From NCBI GenBank assembly GCA_964016885.1, contig OZ024741.1:54064001-54128000 (forward strand): DNA of 64,000 bases, in the 5' to 3' direction. Below the pieces are notes generated by a model. It made no database searches and was not told the DNA's origin. It saw only the letters and a program-made list of their open reading frames with translations. Position 1 is the stretch's first letter. Each line of letters begins with the position of its first letter. The DNA is from Eledone cirrhosa (Eukaryota). Positions 37,001 to 51,900 of the stretch are shown here, piece after piece. Made by a program: the position numbers and the translations under genes.

Positions 37001-40000
37001 TGTTACAGTTGTTGTTACAGTTGTTGTTACTGTTGTTGTTACTGTTGTTGTTACCGTTGTTACTGTTGTTGTTACTGTTGTTGTTACTGTTGATGTTACT
37101 GTTGTTGTTACTGTTGTTACTGTTATGTTGTTGCTGTTGTTACTGTTGTTGTTACTGTTGTTGTTACTGTTGTTACTGTTGTTGTTACTGTTGTTGTTAG
37201 TATTGTTGTTAGTATTGTTGTTACTGTTGTTGTTATTGTTGTTGTTACGGTTGTTGTTACTGTTGTTGTTGTTATTGTTGATGTTACTGTGTTGTTATTG
37301 TTGTTGTTTCTGTTGTTGTTTCTGTTGTTGTTACCTGTGTTGTTACTGTTGTTGTTGTTGCTGTTGTTACTGTTGTTGTTACTTTTGTTGTTACTGTTGT
37401 TGTTACTGTTGTTACTGTTGTTGTTGCTGTTGTTACTGTTGTTGTTACTGTTGTTGTTACAGTTGTTGTTACTGTTGTTGTTACTGTTGTTGTTGCTGTT
37501 GTTGTTACTGTTGTTGTTACTGTTGTTGTTGTTACTGTTGTTGTTACTGCTGTTACTGTTGTTGTTGCTGTTGTTGTTACTGTTGTTGTTACTGTTGTTG
37601 TTACTGTTGATGTTACTGTTGTTGTTACTGTTGTTGTTACTGTTGTTACTGTTGTTGTTACTGTTGTTGTTACTGTTGTTGTTGCTGTTGTTGTTACTGT
37701 TGATGTTACTGTTGTTGTTACTGTTGTTACTGTTGTTGTTACTGTTGTTGTTGCTGTTGTTGTTACTGTTGTTGTTACTGTTATTGTTACTGTTGTTGTT
37801 ACTGTTGTTGTTACTGTTGTTGTTACTGTTGTTGTTACTGTTGTTGTTACTGTTGTTGTTACTGTTGTTGTTACTGTTGTTATTACTGTTGTTGTTGCTG
37901 TTGTTGTTGCTGTTGTTGTTGCTGTTGTTGTTACTGTTGTTGTTACTGTTGTTGTTACTGTTGTTGTTACTGTTGTTGTTGCTGTTGTTGTTACTGTTGT
38001 TGTTACTGTTGTTACTGTTGTTGTTACTGTTGTTGTTACTGTTGTTGTTGTTACTGTTGCTGTTACTGTTGCTGTTACTGTTGCTGTTGCTGTTGTTGTT
38101 ACTGTTGTTGTTACTGTTGTTGTTACTGTTGTTGTTACTGTTGTTGTTGTTACTGTTGTTGTTACTGTTGCTGTTGCTGTTGTTGTTACTGTTGTTGTTA
38201 CTGTTGTTGTTACTGTTGATGTTACTGTTGTTGTTACTGTTGTTGTTACTGTTGTTACTGTTGTTGTTACTGTTGTTGTTACAGTTGTTGTTACTGTTGT
38301 TACTGTTGTTGTTACTGTTGTTACTGTTGTTGTTACTGTTGTTGTTACTGTTGTTGTTACTGTTGTTGTTGCTGTTGTTGTTGCTGTTGTTGTTGCTGTT
38401 GTTGTTACTGTTGTTGTTACTGTTGTTGTTACTGTTGTTGTTACTGTTGTTGTTGCTGTTGTTGTTACTGTTGTTACTGTTGTTGTTACTGTTGTTACTG
38501 TTGATGTCACTGTTGTTACTGTTGTCGTTACTGTTGTTGTTACTGTTGTTACTGTTGTCGTTACTGTTGTTGTTACTGTTGTTGTTACTGTTGTTATTAC
38601 TGTTGTTGTTGCTGTTGTTGTTGCTGTTGTTGTTGCTGTTGTTGTTACTGTTGTTGTTACTGTTGTTGTTACTGTTGATGTTACTGTTGTTGTTACTGTT
38701 GTTGTTACTGTTGTTACTGTTGTCGTTACTGTTGTTGTTACTCTTGTTACTGTTGTTGATACTGTTGTTACTGTTGTTGTTACTGTTGTTGTTACTGTTG
38801 TTGTTACTGTTGTTGTTACTGTTGTTATTACTGTTGTTGCTGTTGTTGTTGCTGTTGTTGTTGCTGTTGTTGTTACTGTTGTTGTTACTGTTGTTGTTAC
38901 TGTTGTTGTTGCTGTTGTTGTTGCTGTTGTTGTTACTGTTGTTGTTACTGTTGTTGTTACTGTTGTTGTTACTGTTGTTGTTACTGTTGTCGTTACTGTT
39001 GTTGTTACTGTTGTTGTTACTGTTGTAATTACTGTTGTTGTTGCTCTTGTTGTTGCTGTTGTTGTTGCTGTTGTTGTTACTGTTGTTGTTACTGTTGTTG
39101 TTACTGTTGATGTTACTGTTGTTGTTACTGTTGTTGTTACTGTTGTTGTTAATGTTGTTGTTACTGTTGTTACTGTTGTTGTTATTGTTGTTACTGTTGT
39201 TGTTACTGTTGTTGTTACTGTTGTTGTTACTGTTGTTATTACTGTTGTTGTTGCTGTTGTTGTTGTTGTTGTTGTTGCTGTTGTTGTTACTGTTGTTGTT
39301 ACTGTTGTTGTTGCTGTTGTTGTTACTGTTGTTGTTACTGTTGTTGTTGCTGTTGTTGTTACTGTTGTTGTTACTGTTGTTACTGTTGATGTCACTGTTG
39401 TTACTGTTGTCGTTACTGTTGTTGTTACTGTTGTTACTGTTGTCATTACTGTTGTTGTTACTGTTGTTGTTACTGTTGTTGTTGCTGTTGTTGTTGCTGT
39501 TGTTGTTGCTGTTGTTGTTACTGTTGTTGTTACTGTTGTTGTTACTGTTGATGTTACTGTTGTTGTTACTGTTGTTGTTACTGTTGTTACTGTTGTTGTT
39601 ACTGTTGTTGTTACTGTTGTTGTTGCTGTTGTTGTTACTGTTGATGTTACTGTTGTTGTTACTGTTGTTACTGTTGTTGTTACTGTTGTTGTTGCTGTTG
39701 TTGTTACTGTTGTTGTTACTGTTGTTGTTACTGTTGTTGTTACTGTTGTTGTTACTGTTGTTGTTACTGTTGTTACTGTTGTTGTTACTGTTGTTGTTGC
39801 TGTTGTTGTTGCTGTTGTTGTTACTGTTGTTGTTACTGTTGTTGTTACTGTTGTTGTTACTGTTGTTGTTACTGTTGTTGTTGCTGTTGTTGTTGCTATT
39901 GTTGTTACTGTTGTTGTTACTGTTGTTGTTACTGTTGTTGTTACTGTTGATGTTACTGTTGTTGTTACTGTTGTTAGTGTTGTTGTTACTGTTGTTGTTG

Positions 40001-43000
40001 CTGTTGTTGTTACTGTTGTTGTTACTGTTGTTGTTACTGTTGATGTTACTGTTGATGTTACTGTTGTTGTTACCGTTGTTACTGTTGTTGTTACTGTTGT
40101 TGTTACTGTTGTTGTTACTGTTGTTGTTACTGTTGATGTTACTGTTGTTGTTACTGTTGTTGTTACTGTTGTTGTTACTGTTGTTGTTACTGTTGATGTT
40201 ACTGTTGTTGTTACTGTTGTTGTTACTGTTGTTGTTACTGTTGTTACTGTTGTTGTTACTGTTGTTGTTACTGTTGTTGTTACTGTTGTTGTTGCTGTTG
40301 TTGTTGCTGTTGTTGTTACTGTTGTTGTTACTGTTGTTGTTACTGTTGTTGTTACTGTTGATGTTACTGTTGTTGTTACTGTTGTTAGTGTTGTTGTTAC
40401 TGTTGTTGTTGCTGTTGTTGTTACTGTTGTTGTTAATGTTGTTGTTACTGTTGATGTTACTGTTGATGTTACTGTTGTTGTTACCGTTGTTACTGTTGTT
40501 GTTACTGTTGTTGTTACTGTTGTTGTTACTGTTGTTGTTACTGTTGTTGTTACTGTTGATGTTACTGTTGTTGTTACTGTTGTTGTTACTGTTGTTGTTA
40601 CTGTTGTTGTTACTGTTGATGTTACTGTTGTTGTTACTGTTGTTGTTACTGTTGTTACTGTTGTTGTTACTGTTGTTACTGTTGTTGTTACTGTTGTTGT
40701 TACTGTTGTTGTTACTGTTGTTGTTACTGTTGTTACTGTTGTTGTTACTGTTGTTACTGTTGTTGTTACTGTTGTTGTTACTGTTGTTATTACTGTTGTT
40801 GTTGCTGTTGTTGTTGCTGTTGTTGTTGCTGTTGTTATTACTGTTGTTGTTACTGTATTTGTTACTCTTGTTGTTACTGTTGTTGTTACCGTTGTTACTG
40901 TTGTTGTTACTGTTGTTACTGTTGTTGTTACTGTTGTTGTTACTGTTGTTGTTACTGTTGTTATTACTGTTGTTGTTACTGTTGTTGTTGCTGTTGTTGT
41001 TACTGTTGTTACTGTTGTTGTTACTGTTGTTACTGTTGATGTCACTGTTGTTACTGTTGTCGTTACTGTTGTTGTTATGGTGTTACTGTTGTCGTTACTG
41101 TTGTTGTTACCGTTGTTGTTACTGTTGTTATTACTGTTGTTGTTGCTGTTGTTGTTGCTGTTGTTGTTGCTGTTGTTGTTACTGTTGTTGTTACTGTTGT
41201 TGTTACGGTTGATGTTACTGTTGTTGTTACTGTTGTTGTTACTGTTGTTACTGTTGTCGTTACTGTTGTTGTTACTGTTGTTGTTACTGTTGTTTTTACT
41301 GTTGTTGTTGCTGTTGTTGTTGCTGTTGTTGTTGCTGTTTTTGTTACTGTTGTTGTTACTGTTGTTGTTACTGTTGATGTTACTGTTGTTGTTGCTGTTT
41401 TTGTTACTGTTGATGTTACTGTTGTTGTTACTGTTGTTGTTACTGTTGTTGTTACTGTTGTTGTTGCTGTTGTTGTTACTGTTGTTACTGTTGTTGTTAC
41501 TGTTGTTATTTCTGTTGTTGTTACTGTTGTTGTTACTGTTGATGTTACTGTTGATGTTACTGTTGTTGTTGCTGTTGTTGTTACTGTTGATGTTACTATT
41601 GTTACTGTTGTTGTTACTGTTGTTGTTACTGTTGATGTTACTGTTGTTGTTACTGTTGTTGTTACTGTTGTTACTGTTGTTGTTACTGTTGTTACTGTTG
41701 TTGTTACTGTTGTTGTTACAGTTGTTGTTACTGTTGTTACTGTTGTTGTTACTGTTGTTACTGTTGTTGTTACTGTTGTTGTTACTGTTGTTGTTACTGT
41801 TGTTGTTGCTGTTGTTGTTGCTGTTGTTGTTGCTGTTGTTGTTACTGTTGTTGTTACTGTTGTTGTTACTGTTGTTGTTACTGTTGTTGTTGCTGTTGTT
41901 GTTACTGTTGTTACTGTTGTTGTTACTGTTGTTACTGTTGATGTCACTGTTGTTACTGTTGTCGTTACTGTTGTTGTTACTGTTGTTACTGTTGTCGTTA
42001 CTGTTGTTGTTACTGTTGTTGTTACTGTTGTTATTACTGTTGTTGTTGCTGTTGTTGTTGCTGTTGTTGTTGCTGTTGTTGTTACTGTTGTTGTTACTGT
42101 TGTTGTTACTGTTGATGTTACTGTTGTTGTTACTGTTGTTGTTACTGTTGTTACTGTTGTCGTTACTGTTGTTGTTACTCTTGTTACTGTTGTTGATACT
42201 GTTGTTACTGTTGTTGTTACTGTTGTTGTTACTGTTGTTGTTACTGTTGTTATTACTGTTGTTGCTGTTGTTGTTGCTGTTGTTGTTACTGTTGTTACTG
42301 TTGTTGTTACTGTTTTTGTTGCTGTTGTTGTTACTGTTGTTGTTACTGTTGTTACTGTTGTTGTTACTGTTGTTGTTGCTGTTGTTGTTACTGTTGTTAC
42401 TGTTGTTGTTACTGTTGTTGTTGCTGTTGTTGTTACTGTTGTTGTTACTGTTGTTGTTACTGTTGTTGTTACTGTTGTTGTTACTGTTGTTGTTACTGTT
42501 GTTGTTACTGTTGTTGTTACTGTTGTTACTGTTGTTGTTACTGTTGTTGTTGCTGTTGTTGTTGCTGTTGTTGTTACTGTTGTTGTTACTGTTGTTGTTA
42601 CTGTTGTTGTTACTGTTGTTGTTACTGTTGTTGTTGCTGTTGTTGTTGCTATTGTTGTTACTGTTGTTGTTACTGTTGTTGTTACTGTTGTTGTTACTGT
42701 TGATGTTACTGTTGTTGTTACTGTTGTTAGTGTTGTTGTTACTGTTGTTGTTGCTGTTGTTGTTACTGTTGTTGTTACTGTTGTTGTTACTGTTGATGTT
42801 ACTGTTGATGTTACTGTTGTTGTTACCGTTGTTACTGTTGTTGTTACTGTTGTTGTTACTGTTGTTGTTACTGTTGTTGTTACTGTTGATGTTACTGTTG
42901 TTGTTACTGTTGTTGTTACTGTTGTTGTTACTGTTGTTGTTACTGTTGATGTTACTGTTGTTGTTACTGTTGTTGTTACTGTTGTTGTTACTGTTGTTAC

Positions 43001-46000
43001 TGTTGTTGTTACTGTTGTTGTTACTGTTGTTGTTACTGTTGTTGTTGCTGTTGTTGTTGCTGTTGTTGTTACTGTTGTTGTTACTGTTGTTGTTACTGTT
43101 GTTGTTACTGTTGATGTTACTGTTGTTGTTACTGTTGTTAGTGTTGTTGTTACTGTTGTTGTTGCTGTTGTTGTTACTGTTGTTGTTACTGTTGTTGTTA
43201 CTGTTGATGTTACTGTTGATGTTACTGTTGTTGTTACCGTTGTTACTGTTGTTGTTACTGTTGTTGTTACTGTTGTTGTTACTGTTGTTGTTACTGTTGT
43301 TGTTACTGTTGATGTTACTGTTGTTGTTACTGTTGTTGTTACTGTTGTTGTTACTGTTGTTGTTACTGTTGATGTTACTGTTGTTGTTACTGTTGTTGTT
43401 ACTGTTGTTACTGTTGTTGTTACTGTTGTTACTGTTGTTGTTACTGTTGTTGTTACTGTTGTTGTTACTGTTGTTGTTACTGTTGTTACTGTTGTTGTTA
43501 CTGTTGTTACTGTTGTTGTTACTGTTGTTGTTACTGTTGTTGTTACTGTTGTTATTACTGTTGTTGTTGCTGTTGTTGTTGCTGTTGTTGTTGCTGTTGT
43601 TATTACTGTTGTTGTTACTGTATTTGTTACTCTTGTTGTTACTGTTGTTGTTACCGTTGTTACTGTTGTTGTCACTGTTGTTACTGTTGTTGTTACTGTT
43701 GTTGTTACTGTTGTTGTTACTGTTGTTATTACTGTTGTTGTTACTGTTGTTGTTGCTGTTGTTGTTACTGTTGTTACTGTTGTTGTTACTGTTGTTACTG
43801 TTGATGTCACTGTTGTTACTGTTGTCGTTACTGTTGTTGTTATGGTGTTACTGTTGTCGTTACTGTTGTTGTTACCGTTGTTGTTACTGTTGTTATTACT
43901 GTTGTTGTTGCTGTTGTTGTTGCTGTTGTTGTTGCTGTTGTTGTTACTGTTGTTGTTACTGTTGTTGTTACTGTTGATGTTACTGTTGTTGTTACTGTTG
44001 TTGTTACTGTTGTTACTGTTGTCGTTACTGTTGTTGTTACTGTTGTTGTTACTGTTGTTTTTACTGTTGTTGTTGCTGTTGTTGTTGCTGTTGTTGTTGC
44101 TGTTTTTGTTACTGTTGTTGTTACTGTTGTTGTTACTGTTGATGTTACTGTTGTTGTTGCTGTTTTTGTTACTGTTGATGTTACTGTTGTTGTTACTGTT
44201 GTTGTTACTGTTGTTGTTACTGTTGTTGTTGCTGTTGTTGTTACTGTTGTTACTGTTGTTGTTACTGTTGTTATTTCTGTTGTTGTTACTGTTGTTGTTA
44301 CTGTTGATGTTACTGTTGTTGTTGCTGTTGTTGTTACTGTTGATGTTACTGTTGTTACTGTTGTTGTTACTGTTGTTCTTACTGTTGTTCTTACTGTTGT
44401 TGTTATTGTTGTTGTTACTGTTGTTGTTACTGTTGATGTTACTGTTGTTACTGTTGTTGTTGCTGTTATTGTTACTGTTGATGTTGCTGTTGTTGTTACT
44501 GTTGTTGTTACTGTTGTTGTTACTGTTGTTGTTACTGTTGTTGTTACTGTTGTTGTTACTGTTGTTACTGTTGTTGTTGCTGTTATTGTTACTGTTGATG
44601 TTGCTCTTATTGTTACTGTTGTTGTTACTGTTGTTGTTATTGTTGTTGTTGCTGTTGTTTTTACTGTTGTTACTGTTAGTGTTACTGTTGTTGTTGCTGT
44701 TGTTGTTGCTGTTGTTGTTACTGTTGTTGTTACTGTTGTTGTCACTGTTGTTGTTACTGTTGTTGTTACTGTTGTTGTTGCTGTTGTTGTTACAGTTGTT
44801 GTTACAGTTGTTGTTACTGTTGTTGTTACTGTTGTTGTTACTGTTGTTGTTATTGTTGTTGTTACTGTTGTTGTTATTGTTGTAGTTATTGTTGTTGTTA
44901 CTGTTGTTGTTACTGTTGTTGTTACTGTTGTTGTTACTGTTGTTGTTACTGTTGTTGTTACTGTTGTTGTTACTGTTATTGTTACAGTTGTTGTTACAGT
45001 TGTTGTTACTGTTGTTGTTACTGTTGTTGTTACCGTTGTTACTGTTGTTGTTACTGTTGTTGTTACTGTTGTTGTTACTGTTGATGTTACTGTTGTTGTT
45101 ACTGTTGTTACTGTTATGTTGTTGCTGTTGTTACTGTTGTTGTTTCTGTTGTTGTTACTGTTGTTGTTACTGTTGTTGTTACTGTTATTGTTACAGTTGT
45201 TGTTACAGTTGTTGTTACTGTTGTTGTTACTGTTGTTGTTACTGTTGTTACTGTTGTTGTTACTGTTGTTGTTAGTATTGTTGTTAGTATTGTTGTTACT
45301 GTTGTTGTTATTGTTGTTGTTACGGTTGTTGTTACTGTTGTTGTTGTTATTGTTGATGTTACTGTGTTGTTATTGTTGTTGTTTCTGTTGTTGTTTCTGT
45401 TGTTGTTACCTGTGTTGTTACTGTTGTTGTTGTTGCTGTTGTTACTGTTGTTGTTACTTTTGTTGTTACTGTTGTTGTTATTGTTGTTGTTACTGTTGTT
45501 GTTACTGTTGTTACTGTTGTTGTTACTGTTGTTACTGTTGTTGTTACTGTTGTTGTTGCTGTTGTTGTTACTGTTGTTGTTACTGTTGTTGTTGTTACTG
45601 TTGTTGTTACTGCTGTTACTGTTGTTGTTACTGTTGTTCTTACAGTTGTTGTTACTGTTGTTGTTACTGTTGTTGTTACTGTTGTTGTTACTGTTGTTGT
45701 TACTGTTGTTGTTGTTATTGTTGTTGTTACTGTTGTTACTGTTGTTGTTACTGTTGTTGTTACAGTTGTTGTTACTGTTGTTCTTACTGTTGTTCTTACT
45801 GTTGTTGTTACTGTTGTTGTTATTGTTGTTGTTACTGTTGTTGTTACTGTTGATGTTACTGTTGTTACTGTTGTTGTTGCTGTTATTGTTACTGTTGATG
45901 TTGCTGTTGTTGTTACTGTTGTTGTTACTGTTGTTGTTACTGTTGTTGTTACTGTTGTTGTTACTGTTGTTGTTACTGTTGTTACTGTTGTTGTTGCTGT

Positions 46001-48949
46001 TATCGTTACTGTTGATGTTGCTCTTATTGTTACTGTTGTTGTTACTGTTGTTGTTATTGTTGTTGTTGCTGTTGTTTTTACTGTTGTTACTGTTATTGTT
46101 ACTGTTGTTGTTGCTGTTGTTGTTACTGTTGTTGTTACTGTTTTTGTTACTGTTGTTGTTACTGTTGTTGTTACTGTTGATGTTACTGTTGTTGTTGCTG
46201 TTTTTGTTACTGTTGATGTTACTGTTGTTGTTACTGTTGTTGTTACTGTTGTTATTACTGTTGTTACTGTTGTTGTTACTGTTGTTATTTCTGTTGTTGT
46301 TACTGTTGTTGTTACTGTTGATGTTACTGTTGATGTTACTGTTGTTGTTGCTGTTGTTGTTACTGTTGATGTTACTGTTGTTACTGTTGTTGTTACTGTT
46401 GTTCTTACTGTTGTTGTTACTGTTGTTGTTATTGTTGTTGTTACTGTTGTTGTTACTGTTGATGTTACTGTTGTTACTGTTGTTGTTGCTGTTATTGTTA
46501 CTGTTGATGTTGCTGTTGTTGTTACTGTTGTTGTTACTGTTGTTGTTACTGTTGTTGTTACTGTTGTTGTTACTGTTGTTGTTACTGTTGTTACTGTTGT
46601 TGTTGCTGTTATTGTTACTGTTGATGTTGCTCTTATTGTTACTGTTGTTGTTACTGTTGTTGTTATTGTTGTTGTTGCTGTTGTTTTTACTGTTGTTACT
46701 GTTATTGTTACTGTTGTTGTTGCTGTTGTTGTTGCTGTTGTTGTTACTGTTGTTGTTACTGTTGTTGTCACTGTTGTTGTTACTGTTGTTGTTACTGTTG
46801 TTGTTGCTGTTGTTGTTACAGTTGTTGTTACAGTTGTTGTTACTGTTGTTGTTACTGTTGTTGTTACTGTTGTTGTTATTGTTGTTGTTACTGTTGTTGT
46901 TATTGTTGTAGTTATTGTTGTTGTTACTGTTGTTGTTACTGTTGTTGTTACTGTTGTTGTTACTGTTGTTGTTACTGTTGTTGTTACTGTTGTTGTTACT
47001 GTTATTGTTACAGTTGTTGTTACAGTTGTTGTTACTGTTGTTGTTACTGTTGTTGTTACCGTTGTTACTGTTGTTGTTACTGTTGTTGTTACTGTTGTTG
47101 TTACTGTTGATGTTACTGTTGTTGTTACTGTTGTTACTGTTATGTTGTTGCTGTTGTTACTGTTGTTGTTTCTGTTGTTGTTACTGTTGTTGTTACTGTT
47201 GTTGTTACTGTTATTGTTACAGTTGTTGTTACAGTTGTTGTTACTGTTGTTGTTACTGTTGTTGTTACTGTTGTTACTGTTGTTGTTACTGTTGTTGTTA
47301 GTATTGTTGTTAGTATTGTTGTTACTGTTGTTGTTATTGTTGTTGTTACGGTTGTTGTTACTGTTGTTGTTGTTATTGTTGATGTTACTGTGTTGTTATT
47401 GTTGTTGTTTCTGTTGTTGTTTCTGTTGTTGTTACCTGTGTTGTTACTGTTGTTGTTGTTGCTGTTGTTACTGTTGTTGTTTCTTTTGTTGTTACTGTTG
47501 TTGTTACTGTTGTTGTTACTGTTGTTGTTATTGTTGTTGTTACTGTTGTTGTTACTGTTGTTACTGTTGTTGTTACTGTTGTTGTTGCTGTTGTTGTTAC
47601 TGTTGTTGTTACTGTTGTTGTTGTTACTGTTGTTGTTACTGCTGTTACTGTTGTTGTTACTGTTGTTCTTACAGTTGTTGTTACTGTTGTTGTTACTGTT
47701 GTTGTTACTGTTGTTGTTACTGTTGTTGTTACTGTTGTTGTTGTTATTGTTGTTGTTACTGTTGTTACTGTTGTTGTTACTGTTGTTGTTACAGTTGTTG
47801 TTACTGTTGTTCTTACTGTTGTTGTTACTGTTGTTGTTACTGTTGTTGTTATTGTTGTTGTTACTGTTGTTGTTACTGTTGATGTTACTGTTGTTACTGT
47901 TGTTGTTGCTGTTATTGTTACTGTTGATGTTGCTGTTGTTGTTACTGTTGTTGTTACTGTTGTTGTTACTGTTGTTGTTACTGTTGTTGTTACTGTTGTT
48001 GTTACTGTTGTTACTGTTGTTGTTGCTGTTATCGTTACTGTTGATGTTGCTCTTATTGTTACTGTTGTTGTTACTGTTGTTGTTATTGTTGTTGTTGCTG
48101 TTGTTTTTACTGTTGTTACTGTTATTGTTACTGTTGTTGTTGCTGTTGTTGTTGCTGTTGTTGTTACTGTTGTTGTTACTGTTGTTGTCACTGTTGTTGT
48201 TACTGTTGTTGTTACTGTTGTTGTTGCTGTTGTTGTTACAGTTGTTGTTACAGTTGTTGTTACTGTTGTTGTTACTGTTGTTGTTACTGTTGTTGTTATT
48301 GTTGTTGTTACTGTTGTTGTTATTGTTGTAGTTATTGTTGTTGTTACTGTTGTTGTTAATGTTGTTGTTACTGTTGTTGTTACTGTTGTTGTTACTGTTG
48401 TTGTTACTGTTGTTGTTACTGTTATTGTTACAGTTGTTGTTACAGTTGTTGTTACTGTTGTTGTTACTGTTGTTGTTACCGTTGTTACTGTTGTTGTTAC
48501 TGTTGTTGTTACTGTTGATGTTACTGTTGTTGTTACTGTTGTTACTTTTATGTTGTTGCTGTTGTTACTGTTGTTGTTACTGTTGTTGTTACTGTTGTTA
48601 CTGTTGTTGTTACTGTTGTTGTTAGTATTGTTGTTAGTATTGTTGTTACTGTTGTTGTTATTGTTGTTGTTACGGTTGTTGTTACTGTTGTTGTTGTTAT
48701 TGTTGATGTTACTGTGTTGTTATTGTTGTTGTTTCTGTTGTTGTTTCTGTTGTTGTTACCTATGTTGTTACTGTTGTTGTTGTTGCTGTTGTTACTGTTG
48801 TTGTTACTTTTGTTGTTACTGTTGTTGTTACTGTTGTTACTGTTGTTGTTGCTGTTGTTACTGTTGTTGTTACTGTTGTTGTTACAGTTGTTGTTACTGT
48901 TGTTGTTACTGTTGTTGTTGCTGTTGTTGTTACTGTTGTTGTTACTGTT

Positions 48950-51900
48950 GTTGTTGTTACTGTTGTTGTTACTGCTGTTACTGTTGTTGTTACTGTTGTT
49001 GTTACAGTTGTTGTTACTGTTGTTGTTACTGTTGTTGTTACTGTTGTTGTTACTGTTGTTGTTACTGTTGTTGTTGTTATTGTTGTTGTTACTGTTGTTA
49101 CTGTTGTTGTTACTGTTGTTGTTACAGTTGTTGTTACTGTTGTTGTTAATGTTGTTGTTACTGTTGTCGCTGTTATTGTTGTTGTTACTGTTTTTGTTAC
49201 TGTTGATGTTAATGTTGTTGTTACTGTTGTTGTTACTGTTGTTGTTACTGTTGTTGTTACTGTTGTTGTTGTTATTGTTGTTGTTACTGTTTTTGTTACT
49301 GTTGTTGTTACTGTTGTTACTGTTGTTGCTACTGTTGTTGTTAGTATTGTTGTTAGTATTGTTGTTACTGTTGTTGTTATTGTTGTTGTTACGGTTGTTG
49401 TTACTGTTGTTGTTGTTATTGTTGATGTTACTGTGTTGTTACTGTTGTTGTTACTGTTGTTGTTACTGTTGTTGTTACTGTTGTTGTTGTTATTGTTGTT
49501 GTTACTGTTGTTACTGTTGTTGTTACTGTTGTTGTTACAGTTGTTGTTACTGTTGTTGTTACTGTTGTTGTTACTGTTGTTGTTACTGATGTTACTGTTG
49601 TTGTTACTGTTGTTACTGTTGTTGTTACTGTTGTTGTTACTGTTGTTGTTACTGTTGTTGTTACTGTTGTTGTTACTGTTGTTGCTACTGTTGTTACTGT
49701 TGTTGTTACTGTTGTTACTGTTGTTGTTACTGTTGTTGTTACTGTCGTTGTTACTGTTGTTGTTACTGTTGTTGTTACTGTTGTTGTTACTGTTGTTGTT
49801 ACTGTTGTTACTGTTGTTGTTACTGTTGTTACTGTTGTTGTTAATGTTGTTGTTACTGTTGTTGTTACTGTTGTTGTTACTGTTGTTGTTACTGTTGTTG
49901 TTGTTATTGTTGTTGTTACTGTTGTTGTTACTGTTGTTGTTACTGTTGTTGTTACTGTTGTTGTTACAGTTGTTGTTACTGTTGTTGTAACTGTTGTTGT
50001 TACTGTTGTTGTTACTGTTGTTGTTACTGTTGTTGTTACTGTTGTTGTTACTGTTGTTACTGTTGTTGTTACTGTTGTTGTTACTGTTGTTGCTACTGTT
50101 GTTGTTACTGTTGTTGTTACTGTTGTTGTTACTGTTGTTGTTGTTATTGTTGTTGTTACTGTTTTTGTTACTGTTGTTGTTAATGTTGTTGTTACTGTTG
50201 TTGTTACTGTTGTTGTTACTGTTGTTGTTGTTATTGTTGTTGTTACTGTTGTTGTTACTGTTGTTGTTACTGTTGTTGTTACTGTTGTTGTTACTGTTGT
50301 TGTTGTTATTGTTGTTGTTACTGTTTTTGTTACTGTTGTTGTTACTGTTGTTGTTACTGTTGTTGTTACTGTTGTTACTGTTGTTGTTACTGTTGTTGTT
50401 ACTGTTGTTGTTACAGTGTTTGTCACTGTTGTTGTTACTGTTGTTGTTACTGTTGTTACTGTTGTTGTTACTGTTGTTGTTACTGTTGTTGTTACTGTTG
50501 TTGTTACTGTTGTTGTTATTGTTGGTGTTACGGTTGTTACTGTTGTTGTTGCTGTTGTTGTTACTGTTGTTGTTGTTATTGTTGTTGTTACTGTTGTTGT
50601 TACTGTTATTGTTGTTATTTTTGTTGTTACTGTTGTTGTTACTGTTGTTGTTACTGTTGTTGTTACTGTTGTTACTGTTGTTGTTACTGTTGTTACTGTT
50701 GTTGTTACTGTTGTTGTTACTGTTGTTGTTGCTGTTGTTGTTGCTGTTGTTTTTACTGTTGTTGTTACTGTTGTTGTTACTGTTGTTGTTACTGTTGTTG
50801 TTACTGTTGTTGTTGCTGTTGCTGTTGTTGTTACTGTTGTTGTTACTGTTGTTGTTACTGTTGTTGTTACTGTTGATGTTACTGTTGTTGTTACTGTTGT
50901 TAGTGTTGTTGTTACTGTTGTTGTTGCTGTTGTTGTTACTGTTGTTGTTACTGTTGTTGTTACTGTTGATGTTACTGTTGATGTTACTGTTGTTGTTACC
51001 GTTGTTACTGTTGTTGTTACTGTTGTTACTGTTGTTGTTACTGTTGTTGTTACTGTTGTTGTTACTGTTGATGTTACTGTTGTTGTTACTGTTGTTGTTA
51101 CTGTTGTTGTTACTGTTGTTGTTACTGTTGATGTTACTGTTGTTGTTACTGTTGTTGTTACTGTTGTTACTGTTGTTGTTACTGTTGTTACTGTTGTTGT
51201 TACTGTTGTTGTTACTGTTGTTGTTACTGTTGTTGTTACTGTTGTTACTGTTGTTGTTACTGTTGTTACTGTTGTTGTTACTGTTGTTGTTACTGTTGTT
51301 GTTACTGTTGTTATTACTGTTGTTGTTGCTGTTGTTGTTGCTGTTGTTGTTGCTGTTGTTATTACTGTTGTTGTTACTGTATTTGTTACTCTTGTTGTTA
51401 CTGTTGTTGTTACTGTTGTTACTGTTGTTGTTACTCTTGTTACTGTTGTTGTTACTGTTGTTGTTACTGTTGTTGTTACTGTTGTTGTTACTGTTATTGT
51501 TACAGTTGTTGTTACAGTTGTTGTTACTGTTGTTGTTACTGTTGTTGTTACCGTTGTTACTGTTGCTGTTACTGTTGTTGTTACTGTTGATGTTACTGTT
51601 GTTGTTACTGTTGTTACTGTTATGTTGTTGCTGTTGTTACTGTTGTTGTTACTGTTGTTGTTACTGTTGTTACTGTTGTTGTTACTGTTGTTGTTAGTAT
51701 TGTTCTTAGTATTGTTGTTACTGTTGTTGTTATTGTTGTTGTTACGGTTGTTGTTACTGTTGTTGTTGTTATTGTTGATGTTACTGTGTTGTTATTGTTG
51801 TTGTTTCTGTTGTTGTTTCTGTTGTTGTTACCTGTGTTGTTAATGTTGTTGTTGTTGCTGTTGTTACTGTTGTTGTTACTGTTGTTGTTACAGTTGTTGT

